From positions 5,457,620 through 5,521,619 of the forward strand of contig JASGJH010000001.1 in the NCBI GenBank assembly GCA_047601445.1: a DNA stretch of 64,000 nucleotides, written 5' to 3'. The notes under the pieces were generated by a model that searched no databases, was not told the origin of the DNA, and saw only the letters and a list, made by a program, of their open reading frames with translations. This document shows positions 60,350-64,000 of this stretch, piece by piece. How positions within the stretch are numbered: the stretch's first letter is position 1; every line of letters begins with the position of its first letter. Both the position numbers and the translations under genes were made by a program. The DNA comes from Myxococcales bacterium (GTDB taxonomy: Bacteria; Myxococcota_A; Polyangia; Polyangiales; DASUME01).

Positions 60350-62092
60350 TCAATCTTGCAAACCCACCCGACGCCGCGCCTTGGCCGTCACGGTCTGCCC
60401 ACGCAGCTTGGCGTAGTCACGCCACGGATCGACCTCACCAATCCGGCTCAGCACGCTGCCCACGTGAAACCGCTTTGGATCGAGCTCCGGCTCGAGCTCG
60501 TCCCAGCTCAACGGCGTGGCCACGGTGGCCCCTTCGCGCGCCCGCGTCGAATACGGCGCAATCGCCGTGGCGCCGCGGCCATTGCGCAGATAGTCCAAGT
60601 AAACGCGGCCCCGGCGCAGGTCCTTGCGCACGTTGGTGAGGTATTTCTTCGGGCTGTCCTGGGCCATCGCCTCGGCCACCGCCAGTGCGAAAGCTTTGTG
60701 AAGCTCCCAATCGAGCTGACGCTTCACCGGCAACACCACGTGCAGCCCCTTGCCTCCCGTGGTCTTCACGAAGCTCACGAGGCCGAGCTCCACGAGGCGC
60801 TGACGCAACTCGAGTGCGGCGTCTACCACGGCGCGAAAGGGCAGACCTTCCGCCGGATCCAGGTCGAACACGAACTGATCGGGCTGCTCCACTTTGTCGG
60901 CGTGGCACGGCCAGGTGTGCACCTCTAGGGCACCGAGCTGCGGCAACGCGAGCAAGCCCGCCACGTCGTCGAGCGCCAGATAAGGTTCGAGCTTCTGATT
61001 GCGCTCGGGAATCTGTACGCGGCGCAGCACGTGGGGTACGCCGCTGTTGGCGTGCTTCTGATAGAAGCATTTGGCCGCTCGACCGTTCGGACAACGCACG
61101 AGCGTAAGCGGGCGCCCCTGCACGTGAGGCAACATCAGCCCCGCCACCGAAGCGAAGTAGGCGATGAGCTCGGCCTTGCGCAGGTTGCGCTCCGGATAGA
61201 GCACTTTCTGCAGGTTGCTGAACTCGACGCCCACGGCGAGGTTTCGTACCAGCTCGATCAAGTCACGGGTCGTCGTCTGCTTGGGCGTTGGGCCCGCCGG
61301 CTTCTCCGCACGATTCGAGCGCCACACACGCGTGGGCGCCTGAGCGACCTCCTCGATGGTGCGCCCGCTCAGCGTACTCTCGGGGCGACTCTCCACGATC
61401 TCGCGCGCGTTCGCCTTGGCCTCGCGCGCATCGTGGCCCTTGAACAGGAGCCAGTTCTCTCGCTTGTTCGCCAGTCCCTTGGTGCGCACCAGGTGAAAGC
61501 GCCCGCGGAGCTTCTCGCCCTTCAAGTCGAACGCCAGATGCCCTTTCGCCATGCCAGCGCGCGCATCGCCCTCGGCGGTCCAGGTCCCATGATCCCATAC
61601 GATCACCGTGCCGCCCCCGTACTGTCCCTTCGGGATGATGCCTTCGAAGTCGGCGTACTCGGTCGGATGGTCCTCGGTGCGCACGGCCAGACGCTTCTCC
61701 TCGGACTTGAGGCTGGGCCCCTTGGGCACGGACCAGCTCAGGAGCACGTCGTCGAGCTCGAGCCGGAAGTCATAGTGAAGGTTGCGGGCCGCGTGCTTCT
61801 GCACCACGAACTGGCTGCCGCCTGCCAAACGCGGGCGCTTCGCGGTGCGGCCGCTCGGCTCCGGCGTTTGCGCGAAATCACGCTTCTCGTGGTAGGTGCG
61901 AAGCGCTTCCGGTGCCGCCTTGGAGCGCTTGCGCGAGGTCGTCGCTGGGCGCGTTCGCGTCGCGCCGCGTGCAGAGGTCCCGGTCTGGGTTCGTTTGCTG
62001 CGAGCCGACGCGGCACGCGCCTTGGTGGCGCGCCGAGCAGCCTTGCGAACGGCGGTCTTCTTGGGGCGAGCGGTGGTCGCGCTGGTCGGCAT
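60350..62092 (-). CDS. LigD-like NHEJ protein carrying 3'-phosphoesterase (PE) and primase-polymerase (Pol) domains but no ligase domain; Lys/Arg-rich N-terminal tail
   Basis: PE block QFVVQKHAARNLHYDFRLE...WSVPKGPS. Pol/PrimPol block EVHTWPCHADKVEQPDQFVFDLDP...FVKTTGGKGLHVVLP. No ATP-dependent ligase KxDG motif anywhere in the 580 aa. Confidence 0.8.
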   Translation of the reverse strand: MPTSATTARPKKTAVRKAARRATKARAASARSKRTQTGTSARGATRTRPATTSRKRSKAAPEALRTYHEKRDFAQTPEPSGRTAKRPRLAGGSQFVVQKHAARNLHYDFRLELDDVLLSWSVPKGPSLKSEEKRLAVRTEDHPTEYADFEGIIPKGQYGGGTVIVWDHGTWTAEGDARAGMAKGHLAFDLKGEKLRGRFHLVRTKGLANKRENWLLFKGHDAREAKANAREIVESRPESTLSGRTIEEVAQAPTRVWRSNRAEKPAGPTPKQTTTRDLIELVRNLAVGVEFSNLQKVLYPERNLRKAELIAYFASVAGLMLPHVQGRPLTLVRCPNGRAAKCFYQKHANSGVPHVLRRVQIPERNQKLEPYLALDDVAGLLALPQLGALEVHTWPCHADKVEQPDQFVFDLDPAEGLPFRAVVDAALELRQRLVELGLVSFVKTTGGKGLHVVLPVKRQLDWELHKAFALAVAEAMAQDSPKKYLTNVRKDLRRGRVYLDYLRNGRGATAIAPYSTRAREGATVATPLSWDELEPELDPKRFHVGSVLSRIGEVDPWRDYAKLRGQTVTAKARRRVGLQD

Positions 62093-62351
62093 GGGAGAGA
62101 GGTAAGCGCCAGCGCAATGGGCGCCCCAAACGGGGACACGTGAATTGTGTGAGCAGACGGGCTAGCCGACGCCTGACCCGCGCCGAATTCGCGTCACTTC
62201 GCACAGACCCAAGTGAGCTCGTGAGGGTCCACGCGGCCCGCGGTGCTCCCAATCTGGGACACGAGGTTTCTCCTCAACCCCTCGGCCTGCTAGCCTTGCT
62301 GAATGCCCCGCCGAGACCCCGCGGGGCAGACGCCAGATTGGGAGGCAGTTT

Positions 62352-62666
62352 GTGAGGCACGTCATCCGGCACGACCTAACACCCGAGCAACTTAGACTCG
62401 CGGTGCAACGGTTTGCGGACGTCTATTGCCAGCGCTTCTCCGAGTACGGAACCACCACCGAGTGGACCAGCCAAGACCGCGTGGAAGTCCGCTTCAAGGT
62501 GAAGGGCATCAAGCTGGCTGGCTCGCTCGAGCTCTTGCCCCGTGAGATCGGCATCGACATGGACGTGCCGCTGCCGCTGAGGCTGTTCAAGAGCCGGGCC
62601 GTCGCAGCCATCGAAGAAGAAGTCACGCCGTGGCTGGCCAAGGCCAAGAACGGCGAGCTCGGCTAA
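62352..62666 (+). CDS. Polyhydroxyalkanoic-acid-system family small protein (TIGR02610-like)
   Basis: 104 aa. The pattern MRHVIRHDL...AVQRFADVYCQRF...WTSQDRVEVRFKVKGIKLAGSLELLPREIGIDMDV resembles this family (recall-based, approximate). Confidence 0.45.
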   Translation: MRHVIRHDLTPEQLRLAVQRFADVYCQRFSEYGTTTEWTSQDRVEVRFKVKGIKLAGSLELLPREIGIDMDVPLPLRLFKSRAVAAIEEEVTPWLAKAKNGELG

Positions 62667-62715
62667 AAGCAAACCGCGCCCGCTCGATGGAGGGGCGCGG
62701 TTGGGATGTGGGTCG

Positions 62716-62952
62716 CTATTCCTCTTTGGCGGCGGCTTTGCGCTTGGCCTTGCTGGCCTTGGCCTTGGGTTGGACCACGGGGCCTTCGACCGTGACCGTG
62801 AAGTGCTGTTCGGCCACGCTGGTCAGGAAGGTGCGCTCGCCCGAGGCGAAGCGAACGCGCACCGCGCCCTTGTCGACCATAAGGACTTCTCCAGCACCCA
62901 GCTCGGAGAGTTTGGCGTGGATAACGAATGAACCTGGAACGATGAGAGACAT
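62716..62952 (-). CDS. Small DUF3553-like protein with Lys/Ala-rich tail
   Basis: PGSFVIHAKLSELGAGEVLMVDKGAVRVRFASGERTFL matches the DUF3553 pattern (G.V.H.K.G.G.V......VRV.F..GE.T). C-terminal KAKASKAKRKAAAKEE. Confidence 0.4.
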   Translation of the reverse strand: MSLIVPGSFVIHAKLSELGAGEVLMVDKGAVRVRFASGERTFLTSVAEQHFTVTVEGPVVQPKAKASKAKRKAAAKEE

Positions 62953-63117
62953 GCAGCTCCGACGGCAATGCCACCGCGAGGCAGCTTTGCTCCACAGTAC
63001 CAGGTATTTGCGCGGAGCGCCTCGTCTCGTAAGCAGTCGCCCAGAATCTACGCCGCCCGGTGGTCGAAGCGGGCGGTTCCGCCCACGAGAAAACCATGGC
63101 CGGGCGTACCCTCGCCC

Positions 63118-63672
63118 TCAGCGCTCCGTGGCGATGTTCACCACGACGCGGTGCCCATCGAGCTCGCTATGGTGGGTGGCGCTGATGATCCGCGGCGCGT
63201 CCTTGCGGTCGACCAAGGTGACGAAGCCGAAATTCCGGCTGGCTCCCGTCTCGCGGTTCGTGATGACCACCGCCTCGATGAGGGGGGCGTGAGCCTCGAA
63301 GTGCCGGCGCAGCCCGGCACTCGTGGTGATGTCGGAGAGGCTCCCGACGAACAACTTGGCGGGGATCGGTTGCGCGCTACGGTCGACGTTCTTCGAGTCC
63401 AGAGACGCCATGATCGTCTCGATGGACGGGACGTCGCCGATGATGCTTTCCGAGCTGACGATCTCGGGACCGCTACGGGGCGCGAAGCGCCGATCTTGCC
63501 GGCGCCGCTCCTTTTCACGCTGTTTGTTGAGCTGTTTTTGCTCGCGTTCTCGCTTGTTGGGCGTGGTCACGTGCACCCCCGGGTTGGGCTGATGCCGTTG
63601 TTGCGCTCGCTCCGCGTTGATTTCGTCAGGACTCACCTGCTTGTGCGTTGGACCTGAAAAGACCGGCACCAA
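63118..63672 (-). CDS. RRM-domain RNA-binding protein with long basic/low-complexity N-terminal region
   Basis: RNP-2 KLFVGSL and RNP-1 RNFGFVTL at the C-terminus. N-terminal ~90 aa is Arg/Lys/Gln/Glu-rich. Confidence 0.7.
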   Translation of the reverse strand: MVPVFSGPTHKQVSPDEINAERAQQRHQPNPGVHVTTPNKREREQKQLNKQREKERRRQDRRFAPRSGPEIVSSESIIGDVPSIETIMASLDSKNVDRSAQPIPAKLFVGSLSDITTSAGLRRHFEAHAPLIEAVVITNRETGASRNFGFVTLVDRKDAPRIISATHHSELDGHRVVVNIATER

Positions 63673-63837
63673 GGGCCGTTCCCCAAGCCTAGCGCTTCGT
63701 TGCGCCTGGAACGACCACGATCGCTCATAGGAAAAAAACCCCGGGGATCCCGCCGGCTCTGCGCACCCCTGCGACCGGGGCCCCTGAAGCTACGCCTGGG
63801 CGGGGTCGGGACGCCGGGGTCCGCCGGAGGGCCCGGC

Positions 63838-64000
63838 TCAGCGCGCCTGGTAGAGCGAGAGGAGCCCCACGTACAGGAAGCCCACCATGAAGAGCACCAG
63901 GAAGGGGATGCTCATGTAGCTGCCCGTGTAGGCGGCGAGCCCAATGGTGAACACAAAGTACATGCCGAACAGCACTTCGAGCACCGTGGCGATGTTCTTG
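63838..64000 (-). CDS. Membrane protein, 5'-partial (runs off window end)
   Basis: The minus-strand frame ending in TGA at 63838-63840 encodes a hydrophobic C-terminus ...KNIATVLEVLFGMYFVFTIGLAAYTGSYMSIPFLVLFMVGFLYVGLLSLYQAR. Translated by hand from the sequence. Confidence 0.4.
   Translation of the reverse strand, partial: KNIATVLEVLFGMYFVFTIGLAAYTGSYMSIPFLVLFMVGFLYVGLLSLYQAR

Noticed and set aside
61031-62143. 370-aa plus ORF
   Set aside because: Antisense to the LigD-like gene.

Overview
The window is about 70% GC with dense coding on both strands, multi-domain Ser/Thr kinases, lipoproteins with MYXO-CTERM-like tails and sigma54 regulation. This suggests a myxobacterial (Myxococcota) chromosome; that assignment is an inference. 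Of the ORF-track entries, about 45 appear to be genuine genes. The rest are frame-shifted or antisense ORFs typical of high-GC DNA.

Recognisable content, in order:
- A 5'-partial IPT/TIG-repeat surface protein and a PAS/PAC hybrid histidine kinase.
- A SUV3-like SF2 helicase, two secreted proteins, an NRDE/TANGO2-family protein and a START-domain protein.
- A stand-alone CusA/CzcA-type heavy-metal RND pump, divergent from an OmpR/HisK two-component pair.
- A CPA2 cation/proton antiporter and a FadL-like outer-membrane protein.
- Two tandem Cys-rich lipoproteins, one with eight 45-aa repeats.
- A complete rtcR / sigma54 promoter / rtcB-rtcA RNA-repair locus, followed by tRNA-His(GTG) and odd tRNA-like fragments.
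- An SPFH protein, a MYG1 exonuclease homologue, a giant 2029-aa kinase / histidine-kinase signalling protein, and a GNAT acetyltransferase.
- A ~165-bp inverted-repeat element, then type-2 IleRS, a LysR / NAD(P)H-oxidoreductase pair, a low-GC NTF2-like gene and an OmpA lipoprotein.
- A tandemly duplicated secreted-protein cassette with a collapsed 'mini' paralog, and TRAP dctQM without dctP beside a ~1-kb non-coding gap.
- A second kinase-AAA-TPR protein, an APC permease, and a LigD-like phosphoesterase+polymerase protein lacking a ligase domain.
- A PHA-system protein, an RRM RNA-binding protein and a 5'-partial membrane protein.

No CRISPR array, rRNA, integrase or transposase was seen. The regions most worth a second look are the Rtc RNA-repair neighbourhood with its tRNA-like remnants, the MITE/REP-like inverted repeat, the duplicated signal-peptide/sorting-signal cassette, the repeat lipoproteins, and the ligase-less LigD.
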